A stretch of 64,000 nucleotides of DNA, taken from NCBI GenBank assembly GCA_012295275.1, contig CM022677.1, forward strand, positions 15,190,001-15,254,000. The letters run 5' to 3'. The DNA is from Chrysomallon squamiferum (lineage: Eukaryota; Animalia; Mollusca). Both the position numbers and the translations under genes were made by a program. A model generated the notes under the pieces. That model did no database searches and was not told where the DNA came from. It saw only the letters and a list, made by a program, of their open reading frames with translations. Position 1 is the first letter of the stretch; each line of letters begins with the position of its first letter. Shown here in pieces: positions 13,449-27,719 of this stretch.

Positions 13449-15153
13449 TAATTAATTAATTAATTTTTTATTTTTATTTTTATTTATTTATTTATTGTTT
13501 TTTTTTTTTTTTTTTGCCGACGCGAACGGTAATTTTACCAACAGGAACACACAGAGGAAAACAGATTAAAATCAGAACCGAACAGTGATTTCGGGCAGGA
13601 ACCTTTATTTTCAAAATCGTCAGTTAAATAAGAAAATAGAGGGCATACGGATTAACCAAAACATGATTCATGTATTTGTTCAAATTTACATATACTCCTA
13701 TATATATAAACTGTTTTGTGAATCAAGTAGGCTGTATATATCCTTTTTCCTTTTTTATTTCTTTCTTTGCATTCACGGAAACATACGATGATCTCCGATT
13801 GTTCGCTTGAAGTACAAGCAGACGTGATTTTTTTTTACAATAAAAAAAAAACAGAATCTTAAAATAATAGCTATAGTTAACAATATATAACTGGAAGTTT
13901 GAAACTGTTATGCGTGCTCAGAGTATTCTGTGAAAACAAGCGATCTCTGGGACTACTGTTAGTACAGTGGTACTCTAAATTAATAGTATATAGTGATGTA
14001 TTGTCGGTAGCCTTTATAAAAGTTTATTGTTTTGTACGTTGGCACATTGTATATAATTATAATAATAAATAGATAAATAATAATAATAAATACCAAATGA
14101 AAACATCATTTTAAAAGATATGAGCAAAGTTTATCAACTGAGATAACTGAATAAATAAATGCAAATAGACGACACGTTACAAACAAAATGAATGATAGGA
14201 AATTCTAATTTATATTTTAATAGCATTATTGTTATGGTTATAATTATTACTGTTATTATTATCATCATAAACAGTATCATTTTTAGTGAATATGTTAATA
14301 TTACAATTATTACATTTATGGACTTATATAAATTCTGTTATTTAATTTCATATTTTAAAATTAATGATTTTTAGATGTATTTGCATCTGATTTGGAAATG
14401 AAATAGCAGTTATACTGTAAGCAGCTACAGATATTTCACACGGTTTACATGTTCTGTATGACGGGGAGTTGGGCAGTGTTTGAAGAGTGAATCAGGTGAC
14501 ATGGTGCGAGTTGAAAAATATTCCAGTCAGGTTTATTATGAATTATTTTAATAATTATTCACACTTTGAGAGATCAGGAATCATCTTTTGTACACAAATA
14601 CTCAGAGTTTTATACATGATTATATTAATAAATTATAGAGATTACTATTTTTTAAATTAATTAATTAATTAATATGGCTGAGGTAAGAGTGAAATATATT
14701 TTTTAAATTAATTAGTTATCAAAACATTTGTAACAACTGGAAGTGTGTTTCTAATGATAGACATTTTTATAAAAATCACAAAAATATTTTATCACAAATA
14801 TGTAGTTGTAAATATTTGTTGTGACAGTGTTAGTCTGTGTCTGTATGTGTGAGTGCTGTATGTGAATGTATATATTTGTAAAATGTCATTTTCATGTTTT
14901 GTAATGAACATATTTGTCATATGGTATCATGTGTTTGTAATTGGGTATGTTTACACTGTGTATGTCTGAACTGTTTGTGTGTTGTGTGCATGTGTTGTAT
15001 GTATGTGTTGTTATATGTATATGTTATAATGTGTTGTTTGTGTGTGTTCACATTTTCTCATTTAAAGTGAACTTTTGGTGAAATAGTCAGATTATATACT
15101 GTGTATTTCCTTATTAGGTTTTAAGATAAGATTTAACAATGTATGTTTTTCAG

Positions 15154-18100
15154 AAAGGAAACATTCACATACCCAATGTACAGACTATATAATTTCCAAA
15201 TTCTGTGTGCTCAAGGAATTAACATATGTGCTCAAAATAAGGTAACCAGTTTTATTATTCTCATTGTTATTACATTATCATGATCATTATCATTATAGCT
15301 ATTATCATAATTTTATTGCTGTTAACATCATTATCAGCATCATCATTATTATTGTTACCATTATTGTTATTATCATCATTATCATCATCATTATTATAAT
15401 TATTATTCCTGTTGTTGTTGTTGATGGTGTTGGGAGTGGTTTTTTTATTGTCATTATTATTATCAGATCTTCTGTTATGATTTATTAAACTGAGTTATGT
15501 TAAAAAACAAATAATTAAAGCAAAACAAAAACTCTAAATGTAAGAATTATTTCTGTTTTGTGGCAGTGATTTTGTTAATGTCACTTTGATCCACTGAGTT
15601 TTGTTTTTACATCATTTATTTTTCATTATTTGATTAAAATAATTAAATTACTGATTATTGACAGATATAATAATTTTAAAAATGTAAATTTCCATTTATG
15701 GCTGATTTAAAAAAGAAATCTCTTCTTTAATTGGAAAACAAAATTGGTGCACTGGGGGTAATTATTATTTTTTTTTTATATACTTCCTAAAATATTTACT
15801 TAATTTAGTTTCTTACTTACTTTAGTTTTCTGCTTATTTGATTACTTATTTCATTCATAGCTATACTTTTACTTAGTTAACTACTTACTTGTCAGATTAG
15901 TTTGTTCTTTCTTTCTTTCTTTATTTTTGTGTTTGATTCAGCCTGGAACACTGATCTGCACAACAAATGTCTTCATGTTGGAGATTCATGGCTGCTGGCA
16001 TCAACCCCTTTATTAAAAAGGTTTTACTATTAATATTATTATTATTTTTCTTCTTATTATTTCTTCTTATTATTGTTATTATTGTTATTATTGCTTCTTG
16101 TTATTGTTGATCATGTTACTATTTCATAAATAACAATCTTTTTGTATGCATGGTAAAATGGCCAGTGAGTTGCACATTAAAAGCAAGTACTAGTTCACTA
16201 TTTACTAAATGGCATTTAAGTTGCCTTTAATTACATTTGTCATCATACCTTGATTATGTTGATGAGTGTTTACCTGTTTGCAGTATGTATATATTTGTAG
16301 GACGAGAAAGTCACTGTAAGAAGTGGTTACTATAGTAACTGTGATTCTGTTCCTGTATTTGCAGGATGGTCACACACTTTGGCAGTATGCTGCAGCTCTC
16401 AGACACCATGACACTGTCTGGATTCTAGAGGAATACAAACTTATATTAATTATTATTTTAATTCTTAATTTTAATTTCAGGATTTAATTTATGGTGTTCT
16501 AGAGATTAATTATCAGAAAGTGCAGGAGGCCCTATTGAGGTCAAAATGTATTATGAATTTCCTTAACAATTTCCTTGCTTTATCTCTCAAAATTACATAA
16601 ATAATTTCATTATAAATAATTGTCTAGCGATGAAATTATAATAGTAGTAATTATAATCATTATTTTTATCTCACACTTTTTACACAATGTTGGATTAATT
16701 AATCATGCTAAATAGTGTAAGTTTAAATCTTTGTAATAGTTTAAATTAATGATACTGTATTTTATAATATCAGTGTCCATACACTGTAATTGACTTAGTA
16801 TAGAGAAAACATTCAATTAAATTAGGTGTTATTTAGAAAACTGGATTTGTAAACATATATTCTGTATAGCATGAATTAAAAAAACAACAAAAAAGGAAAA
16901 AGAAAAAAAAGAAAAATTCTTTAATAATTTAGAAATACTGATCTCTGTACTTATATCAAGAACAAAATGACTGCAGAATTCTCAGTATCCACACATACTA
17001 CATTTTACCATTAGTAAACTAATATAAGATCTATGTTAATGTTTCTATTTCTTTTTTAGAATTCTTTACAACTTTACTTTTACATTGGTGTTGTTGTGTG
17101 ATGCCAGTGCCAATGTTGGCAAATACTTCTGGGTAATGTAATTATAACAATTTTACCATTTGAATAAGTTTGAACGTTCAAATAAAGACTGTTTTATTAT
17201 CAATGTCAGTAGTTTCAAATATTGCAAAATTTTATTATAACTTTATTAACATGTTTGTTTTTAAGAAGTTATATTAATAACAAAATTTAAAATGATAATC
17301 AAGGACTTGCTCATGTGAAAATGTTTAAATCATTTTATATTTCTTACTTTACAGGGACTTTGTTTTGCAGTGTTTTCAACACGAAGACTCCAGCTAATGT
17401 GGAAGATTCTAGAAAGTCACCCAGATTTCAGTCTCAAAGACCAGGTGAGCCTATCATTACACAGTGGACTGTGACAAAACCAAACTGTAAACTATTTAAC
17501 TACTGGTTTACTTGTTAGTCACCTTGGTTATCAAATCTTTTGTTTCACAGTGTTAAATGACTGAAGTAAAGAGAAAACTGTGAACTATGAATTAAAATTT
17601 GGTTTCTCTGCAACTAAATTTTTTCTACTAACAGATGATTTCTTATGTGTATTAACATGAATTGATGTGAATTAATTAATGCACATTGATTAAATTGATG
17701 TAATATGAATTGATGTGTAATGTAAACTAATTTGAATTGATTTAAATTAATGCAGTATGAGTTGATGTGAATTGATAAGAAAAAATAAGAACTATAGCTG
17801 TATATTTTACACACACAGACTTAATGAAAACGGATTGTTTTAATTCATTTTTATAATGTATAATCTTGATGTATACATATCCTTAATATTCACATACTGT
17901 TATCACTATTACTACCACTACTACTATACTGACTATATATAAAGAGGCACTATAATACTACTATACTATTACACATACATACTATTACAACAACTATTAC
18001 TACTACTGATGCTACTACTATATTACTGTACTGATTGTATATACAAAGGCTGATAACACTTATACTACATATATACATGCACACATACTAGTACTACAAC

Positions 18101-18201
18101 TATTACTGCTACTACTGCTACTACTACAACTACTAATATTACTGTACAGATTGTATATACAGAGGCTGAGAACAGCATATCATTACTACTACTTCAACTA
18201 C

Positions 18202-18252
<51 letters not shown>

Positions 18253-18647
18253 TATATACACATACATACACATACATACTACTGTTAAACCTATTAATAC
18301 TGCTGCTTCTATACTATTACTAACACTACATATATATACATGCACACATACTACTACTACAACTACTAATATTACTTTACTGATTGTTTGCAGAGGCTGA
18401 GAACAGCATATCACTATGCATGTCCCTTCGAGGCAGATGAACCCGAGATTGAGAAGTTGTCTGAAATAAAGGCCAATGTCCTAAACAACGTTGTAGAGAC
18501 TGGTTGAGTCAAAGATGGAGGAACTGAGAGTACATTGACATTGCTGATATTGTTGACCCTGTCATGAAATGCAGATTACACGATGGTGGGAAACAGTTGA
18601 GGGACTTGTTGATAAAAGCTGAAATAAATTCAGACATTCTAGACACA
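15154..18647 (+). pseudogene. Degenerate multi-exon ankyrin-repeat gene
   Basis: Exon candidates: 15154-15241 (..QILCAQGINICAQNK|gtaacc), 15942-16020 (..MAAGINPFIKK|), from 16365 (DGHTLWQYAAALRHHDTVWILEEYK), 16481-16539, 17060-17132, 17355-17444 (GLCFAVFSTRRLQLMWKILESHPDFSLKDQ|gtgagc), 18394-18647 (RLRTAYHYAC..LRDLLIKAEINSDILDT|gtatga). Several have frameshifts or stops. Confidence 0.7.
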
Positions 18648-19228
18648 GTATGATTTATTATTTTCTTCCTCAACTCTCTGTTTTTAATAATAATAATAAT
18701 CATAATAATCATGATGATGATGTGATAATCATAATCATATGGCCTGGAAATAGAACTAATGTGTGTGGACAAGGTATTAACAGTTCTGTGATATGTAAAT
18801 GTGTAATATTAATATTTACCAGATCTAATAAAATATATGACAGTAATACAACTCATGTATTAGATTCATTTAACATGTAAATGTGTGATATTAATATTTA
18901 TATACCAGACAGAAATAAAATAAATTTTAAAAACACTTCAATATATATGTTCATCTGTTCTTATTTTAAAATGAGATCAAATTAATTGCTTTGGAGTTAC
19001 GTTAATGAAATATGAGTAAAATTTACCTTTTTAAAAACTAATTTATCGAATAAGTATAATTCAGTTAATTCAGAAGTGATTATTTTTCTAATACAATGGT
19101 ACCTCGACTTACCAGGTAAAATATTTCCCAACTGAATCTCAAATCCTAACTGTGAAACTTCTCATGTCAGTAAGCAAACATATTTTGTTTAAAAGTGTCA
19201 CAAATTTGTTTTTTTAAATATGTTTTAG

Positions 19229-20010
19229 CTTCATCTTAGAATAGAAACTTGCCAGAAACTAAAAGTGAAATAAAACTGACAGAAAAAAACATCACCTGCC
19301 ATTAAAAGAAAACTCAACGTTCCAGATGATGACAACATTTCTTCATCAGCAGAGGTGGTTACTGATTCTGCTTTCAGTATTATTATTAGTAGCAGTATTA
19401 CTATTATTATTATTATTATTATTATTGTTCTTCTTCTTCTTCTTCTTATTATTATTATTACTGTTGATATTGGTAATCTTTAAACTCTTTTTTCTTTATT
19501 ATTGACGAAATTGTAATTATTATTATTGTTCCTACAGCTGCAGCAGTAGCAGTGATGTTTCTAGTGCTAGTGTTAACCATAATAGTGGTCTTACTAGTAA
19601 GTAAATAGTATTTTAGTAACATTTATGGTTATATGTGATTATTATAATACCAGCTGTTATTGTTTTGTTTTTGTCATAATTATTACTACTGTTGTTGCTG
19701 TTGATGTTGTTGTTTTTATTATAATTTCAGAACAGCAAAGTGCAAGAAAACTGCTGATAAGAAGTGACAATGTGAGATAAAATCACAAATAGCAATTCTT
19801 CCACTTCTCATATTATTAAACATTATAATAAATATTTTGTTGTTGTGTTCAGAGGTCTGATGATAAGTTTTTTTATTTCTTTTAGGTTCATCTTTCAATT
19901 TTAATTTAGCAGAGACTAAAAGTGATATAAAACTGACAGAAGAAACATCACCTGGATTCAAAAGAAAACTCAACATTTCAGATGATGACAACAGTTCTAC
20001 ATCAGCAGAG
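19229..20010 (+). repeat. Two paralogous exon-like units (19229-19353 and 19887-20010; ..AETKSDIKLTEETSPGFKRKLNISDDDNSSTSAE)
   Basis: Both follow ttttag acceptors and align closely. The first has an early TAG, the second is open. Confidence 0.65.
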
Positions 20011-20045
20011 TGTGTTACTTATTCTTATTAGAACTAGTAATATAA

Positions 20046-21124
20046 GTATTAGCAGACGGTTTTATATATGAACGATATATATAGAGATTATCAGCAGAAG
20101 ACTGTTATCAATTAGGTCGCCTCGCATACAAAATGAAAAAATACAACTATGTCTATATTTGGATGGAGATAAGTCTCGAGAAACAAAGAACGGAAACAAT
20201 TCAGAATGTATCTCGGATAGAACTTCATGACTATGAAATATACGGTAGAGAATTAGCGGGACAGATAGAACACGTTTTAAATTTGACAAATAAAGAGTTA
20301 ATGTTATCTCCTGAACTAGAACGTGCTTCGAACAGAAAGAAAAAGTATTCAAGTATATCAAAATGTAGGAAAGAAAAGAGAAAAGAAAATGCCAGAGTTA
20401 AAGAAAAAACAACTTTCGATGCTCTCTGTCGTGGTGAAGACGTTATTAAAGTACGACAGACACATCGTCTGAAATGTCGCTACCATTACAACAACAAAAG
20501 CCCGCTTCTAATTCTTAAGCCTGCAAAAGAAGAGATTCTGCATTTCTCACCGAAAATTGTTCTCTATCATGATTTTATCAGTGATGCTGAAATTGAAGAC
20601 ATTGAAACAGTTTCTATGCCACTTTTAAAAACATCTAAAATCAGTCACTATGGAAACATTTTCAAATCTGAGATAAAAATTAGCAAAAATACATTTTTAG
20701 GAAGAGCTTTCACAGAAGCAGACAAGAGAATTCAGAGAAGAATTGAAGCAATCACAGGTCTTTCAATGAAAGCTTCAGAACCACTTCAGGTGGCAAACTA
20801 TGGAATAGGCGGACAGTTCACGGCTCATACTGACTATTTCAACAGAGCATATTCTTCCGATGAAAACAGAATTGCCACGTGGTTAAACTATATGAGTGAT
20901 GTAGAAGGAGGTGCAACAGTGTTTCTTCATCTTGGGGTAAGAATACAACCTAAAGCAGGTGCAGCTATATTTGGTATAATTTTTATCGAAATGGTTCACC
21001 TAACAAAATGACACTTCATGGAGCTTGTCCTGTTCTTATCGGCTCTAAATGGGTATCAATTTACTGGTTTCTAGAAAAAGGGCAAGTATTCAAGCGACCA
21101 TGTTCCACAAATCCAGAAGAATAA
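20046..21124 (+). pseudogene. P4HA: Intronless, 5'-truncated collagen prolyl 4-hydroxylase alpha subunit copy (probable retrocopy) with one -1 frameshift near 20972
   Basis: LSAEDCYQLGRLAY..WME..DY..P..ERA peptide-binding TPR region; LKCRY, LILKPAKEEIL, IVLYHDFISDAEI, LQVANYGIGGQFTAHTDYF, NRIATWLNYMSDVEGGATVF; after the frameshift WYNF..TLHGACPVLIGSKWV..W..KRPC..* (21122-24). In-frame TAG at 20082. AATAAA and A-rich tract at 21187-21240. Confidence 0.92.
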
Positions 21125-21992
21125 ATGAAATACGATGCAACTTTTAATGTGCGCAGATGCTAGAAAGAGATTTCTTTGTTGTTTGTAAAAAAAAAAGAAA
21201 AATAGGTATTTATGTAAAAAAAAGAAAAATAAATAAAAATATCTTGAAAGTATTTCTTATTGCATGTTATTGATTTTTTTTTTTTTTTTCATCTCTTCTT
21301 TCTTTCTTGCTTAATTTCGCAGTATTTTTCAAAGATGCCTGTTTGTGTAAATGATTAGTCTCGTTCAAAAAACAATGATTACGTCTTCTTGTCGCTTGAA
21401 AATGCAAATGCTACACTGTCTTAGGTAAAAGATACAACGACAAACCGATAACAATATGCTTGCTGCATTGTAATAGCTGTTATAATAGCTAAATTCTTTG
21501 TTCTTGAGATGAAAATTAAAGATCGTTTTAACTGTAAATGTTTAACTTTAAATATTTTTAAGGGTGTTTAATTAATTAATTAATTTATCAAAAAATAAAA
21601 CCCCAAAATAATCAAAGATGATGTATGTGAATATTTATAATATTATTATTTTTTTAAATTGTTATTTTTTCATAGGTCTCTATGTTTAACCTCAAGTAGT
21701 TCAAGTTTTTAGTTTTAGTGAAACATTTCACCATTATTTCAACAAAGAGGGAAACGTCAAACCAGTATACACGTGTTTGATCAAAGTATTAACACTGGCT
21801 ACTTATTTCAGCCAAACGTCGACAAGTCTGTTTTGATATGTACACCAAATTCTTATTATCAATAATCAGTAATGGTTTACACTGCTTGTAATAACTTAAG
21901 TCATATATATATTAGCAGTCCATTGTAGATGTAAATTGTCATCAAGTATCTGTGGTGTTAAAAATATATTAGAAACTGGCAATCTCTCTCTT

Positions 21993-22025
<33 letters not shown>

Positions 22026-22317
22026 TAAAACCGCTTATTACTTGTTATTTCATTAAGGTAAAATAAAAATACATTCGTATAAAATAGACTTCTTAAGTAA
22101 TAAATGTATAGTTTTACTTGATTAAATTGTATAATGAAAATGTATAAAATTCACCACGTTGATGCGATTCAGTATATTACTATTTCATGTTTATTTTACA
22201 GAATTATCATAAATGTCAGTACTCGCTGTACATTGCAAAAGTTATCCTCGAACATTTCAGATGGCCGGTTTGTTGTACGAATATAAAACTGTATTGATTA
22301 CGTGATCAATAAATGAA

Positions 22318-22318
<1 letters not shown>

Positions 22319-22376
<58 letters not shown>
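22319..22376. repeat. (ATT)n microsatellite
   Basis: Seen directly. Confidence 0.95.
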
Positions 22377-22377
<1 letters not shown>

Positions 22378-22918
22378 TTAACTGTAAATAGTGGACTCTA
22401 TCGGGAATCTATTATTAACAAAAACGAATCTAATCCGGATGAATCCGGGTGTAAATTTCAGAACAACAGAAAAGTTTATATAGTAATTACATTGTTAACA
22501 ACGGCACGCAGTTTTCTAAGTATTCTCATTTGTTAAAGAATGACGGCAATTTGAACACAATCAGACTGCCGCGTGAGATGAAATGATCGCGCTTCTTTGA
22601 AGGGTTAACAATGACACTAAACTTCTTGTAATTACTACGTGCATCTAGATGAACAATATTATTGTTAGTTTTTCACGTTTTTCTATTGTGTAAACAGAAA
22701 GATTTAGCTACGTAGTGACTATTATATGAAATTGTAGGAAACCAGAGAGAAAACGAAATAAAAAATCTGAATGGACTGAAGATAAAAGCAAACTTTCGTA
22801 CCACTGATTATCTTAAAATGAGAAAAAAATTCAGTCTTTTGCTGCTGTTATCGAAATCAGCTTTTGCAATTAATGTTAAACTTGGAGGCCACGACAGAGA
22901 GATTTGAGAGAAAATATG

Positions 22919-22957
<39 letters not shown>

Positions 22958-24194
22958 ACATTCATCAGTGACAGACTATTTTTTCGCTGACAGTTAACCT
23001 TTAACGTTTGTTAATATTCCAGGTTTATATTATTTTAATCTTTATAAATCTGTATTTATTTTTTTTTATTTATATTTTAGTTATTTATCACATATTAATA
23101 GACACGGCATATTGTTTATATTATGTAAATTGATATATGCTATTCCTGGAACGTACCTACACATTTACATTTATTACTCTTTATACAGCTTTATACGTTG
23201 TTTCGTTTTCAGCGATTTTCTGTGGTGTGCATTGACGTACACCGAGAACCCCATAAACAGAAGAAAGAAACAAACTATAGTTGAAGGGAGATTACTCTCA
23301 TATGATAATAATTTTGTTTTGTGTAGTCCGGGATTTGCGGTATTTGTTATTTATGAATTTTGCAGATAAATGTAGATCCTAAAAATCACGAAGAGTTGAT
23401 ATCTTTATATATATACAGGTAATAGTAGAATATTTCTTTCTTGAAGTGATTGTTGTTGTTTTGTTTTTTTTCTAATTTAGCTTGTCAAATGTTTTGTCGT
23501 CTGCTTTTCGGATAGTTTTCAAGGGCAGATAATCGAAAATGAATTATTCAACAATAAGATGCAGAATCTTGTCACAAGACTCGAGTTTAATTTTTTTGAG
23601 TAATTTAGCTGAATTTTTATTGATCAATCAACAGAGTAATCAGCCATATTTTGCTTTTCATTTAATTTATTATTTAATTATATTTATCAGGTATATGAAA
23701 GTATTTTCAAAAAACATTTTTCATTTTAATTATATAACTTACAACATCATAATGGCAACAGCAACAATAATAATAAAAAGAAAAATAATAATAATAATAA
23801 CAATACATTTTTTTCTTAAAAATTAAAAAAATATTGACATGAAGGAAGTAACAAATTTGTATCTGAATAAAATTTGCTGGTATATTTCCTTCATAATCTG
23901 TGGAAAATCTGAGATTCATTTCAGTCATTTGGCAAACATAACACTGAATATCTCATACAGTTTCAAACCAGTATATACGTGTTTAATATCAAAATGACGA
24001 TTTCTAAAGGTCTACAGTATTTTTAAGCATGATGCAGAAATTAACAAATGTTAATTAATTGCACTAAATTGCTCAGATGTACCTTACAGTTTAATTATTA
24101 ATTTCCAAATTTAAGTAACTGTTAATTCATTTATTTGTATGAAATCTGGCAGAATATAAAGGAAACTATAAACGTGTATGTCAATTCTCCATTG

Positions 24195-24226
<32 letters not shown>

Positions 24227-25372
24227 ACAGCTGAATGCTTTTAGTTTCAAGATTTATATTTGATTATCTACAAAAGTTCCACATTGTTTACTTTTTGTGT
24301 ATAAATAATTATTGTTCTCGGATAAGATGGCTGCCATCCATCATGTGGCAATTTTGTGTAAGATTCTTCGAACATCAAATAAACAGTAAATCCCTAAAGA
24401 CCGGCAGTCATCCCCCATTTTGCGGGCAACAACAAAACAAATAAAATAAATAAAGGAACCTTTATTAAGATATATTGTACTAATTATAAACCGATATGGT
24501 TCTTTTTTTCTTTTTATTTTTATTTTTATTTTATTTTGTTTTATTTTATTTTTTAATCTTATTATTAGCTAATCATAAATTCGAAAAGACCGTAAATCAT
24601 CGGGCATTTTTCCGCAACTACAATACTAAAATTAAAAAAATATACATATAAAAATAAAAAAAAGAGTTCAAAACAAATAAAATAAATAAAGGAACATAAT
24701 AACCGTTATTAAAATATAAGTCGATATGGTTCTTTTTTCAAATAAACGGTGTTGTTATTTATTTTTTCACCTTACTTTTTCTTTCTTCTTTTTAATTTAT
24801 TGATGTTAATGCACCAAATAAAATCACAAAATTTAGAACTCACACTACAATAAGTTGCTTATTATTGCCCGGAATTTACCAAGGTTTGATATAGGTCTGA
24901 AGAAATGGTCTGAAAAAAAAAAAAAATAAAAAAAAAAAATAAATAATAATTTTCCTTTGTTTTATATGCATCGCATTTTAAACTGTGTAGTCTGTGTAAG
25001 ATATCTCATATTACTGTCATTACTAAAACTAATGTTTACTGTTATGTAAACTGAGTATGCGTTAAAAGCAAAAATGATCCCATCAAACAATTCATAATGG
25101 CACTACATTTAAACTTTATTTCTCTTAAAACAAAAATGTGTGTGTACGATCAATATTTGAACCTATTCGATCATCTGTTATGAGTAACAAATAGAAACTA
25201 ATTAAATGAAGGGTATATTCACATTTTCGTGTCTTTTCCTGGCGTGCTGAAATGTTAAATAAAAATATATGAAAGTAAATACGTTTTAATATATTTGTGA
25301 AATTTCAATAATAAGTAAAATTATTTCAAAATAATTAATTTTATAATTGAGACACACACACATTTATGTATG

Positions 25373-25412
<40 letters not shown>

Positions 25413-26829
25413 CTATATTTATAAAATGGCTTAGGAATTTTATTTTATTTTAAAAATAATCATTTTCTAATTTCATTCGAATTTATTTCATCTGTATAAC
25501 AAAGCTTTAAATCCAATTCGCTAGGTCTCCGCTGTTTTTTACTAAACATTTATTCGTCCAATAAAACATTTTAAAATTGTATACAAAAGCATTCGGGATT
25601 TTACAGAAATACACTTCTAGAACAATATATTTATAAATATTTTTAAAACATTTCAAAAATTGTTTACATAGTATCCTTTTTTTTTTTTTTTTTATCTATA
25701 AATAAAAGTGTAACCTCTCAAAATAGTAACAAATTATTCTGATCTGATGTAGTAAACACAGCAGTAAAATTTCAGTTGAGAAATATCACATTAATATTAC
25801 AGTTGCTAATGAAATATTATTTTTATCTGGTTGCGATATTTTATTCCTGAATATTCACTGCACTTCCAACTAGAAATATTAAGATGAATATCACTTCATA
25901 TATAATTAATTATTTGCTAATATTTCAAGTGTAACCTCAGCTTTTGAATACACACCTGTCTAGAAAAAGAAAATCAATATTGAATTATCAGTACGATCTC
26001 AAGTGCAGCTAAAAACTAATCCTGATTTTGTTAGTAACAGAGAATTGGAATCTTTTTATTTCTGAATTTCTCAACTATCCTTCTTGAATGAGATAATATA
26101 TACAAAAAATTTGTTTTAATATATTTGTGAAATTTCACAATAAATAAATTAAAATAATTAATTTTATAACTGAAAATTACAGGTATGATTTACACAAATT
26201 AACAAAATTAAGATATATAGATTAAGAAATTCCGATGTTGTTTCCGTTTGTAATTTTTTTTAATTAGAGCAGCTTTGTATGTGACGTCAAAAATATATCG
26301 AGAAATAAAGAGAGCGCATCTAGTGTGACATTTTATAAACACTAGAACATGTTTCACTGAAAAACACACACAGCAGAACATTAGATACTGCTTTTAAGTG
26401 TCCGTTTTATTAACGTAACGTGATATTTTACTTTGCTAATTCTAAATCGTATAATAAAAAGGTGTAATTTTACTGTACGTGGAACTTAAATATTATATAG
26501 ACTACAGGAAATATTGATAACCACAGTTAATCTATTGGACATAACTGACAGTTACAAATGACAATTCTACATGGCGTTATGAAAATAAGTGGTTTAATTA
26601 CTTATAAAAAGAACAAGATGAAAATTAATTATGAGCAGTGATATTTACAATTTGTAGGTTAAGTATGTTGAGAAATGTTAATCTCATATTTTATTAATTA
26701 TCGTATATTTATATCAGGTTATATTGAAAAATATCGGATTTAATTCCCTGAAATCACGAAGGTGTGTATTGATTAGCTGAGAACAAACAAGGTGAACATG
26801 TTATTTTATTACGCGAAGTTTATTTTTTT

Positions 26830-27657
26830 TTCATTACATTCATTAAAAGGTGTACATCAGCGCAAGTTGTATATTTCTTATTATAGCTGAAGTCCTCTCA
26901 CTCCATTAGAGATTAATAGATCCGCTCCCCAGTAATTATCAACGAGTCCGTGAAGCAGACACCATAGTTGTCACAGTCCTCTTTGTCAACAGCTAAATAA
27001 CCACACCAATAATAACACCTTAATATTTTTATTTCTTGTTTTGTTTTTATTTTTCTGTAAAAACGGAAGCTTCCTATATATGTTTGACGCTATTCTCTTA
27101 GTTTCATTAGAACTGTTCTGAGTGCGGATATAAAAATTACTTCGAATTTTTTATTAGGCCTCGTAAAGTTATCAGAGAAATCAGATTTATTCTTAGTTTA
27201 TTGTTTCTGTCGAGATAAAAAATAAATACTTCTTTTTTAAAAAAGTATATAATAATTATAATAATAATAACAAAATTGATTTATTTATAATGTAATTACA
27301 TGAGAAATCGTGAACTTTTCATAAAGCCACAGTTAACTAAAAATGTTCGCTGTTTACACTGATAATGTTACCTATCGATAACAAAATAAGACACAAGTTT
27401 TTAAACGTCTGTATTAGTTTTATGAGAAATTAAAATTACATTAGAGATTATCAGTTATATTATTGAATAAACATGGAATTTTATTCTAGATTAACTTACT
27501 TTTCTTAGTGTTTAAAAAAAATCTGATATATTCTAATTACATAATTTGATAAATTTGAATTTTAGATTAATCATGTAATTTCATGTAGGGAGAGATGTAA
27601 ATTGTGTCGCGGAATGTCATGTGACTGACAGTCATAAAACAAAGTATCACACTGTGA
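26830..27657. repeat. Outer, more diverged inverted arm; partner about 51302-52125
   Basis: 27061-27240 is nearly identical to the reverse complement of 51710-51892; flanks are visibly more diverged. Confidence 0.9.
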
Positions 27658-27719
27658 CACTGAAAGGTGCACAATTAATTTTCAGTAATATCAATACAAT
27701 AGTAAACATTCATCTAGCA

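Noticed and set aside
26282-26289. Perfect CRE palindrome TGACGTCA
   Set aside because: A single 8-mer with no linked gene; could arise by chance.
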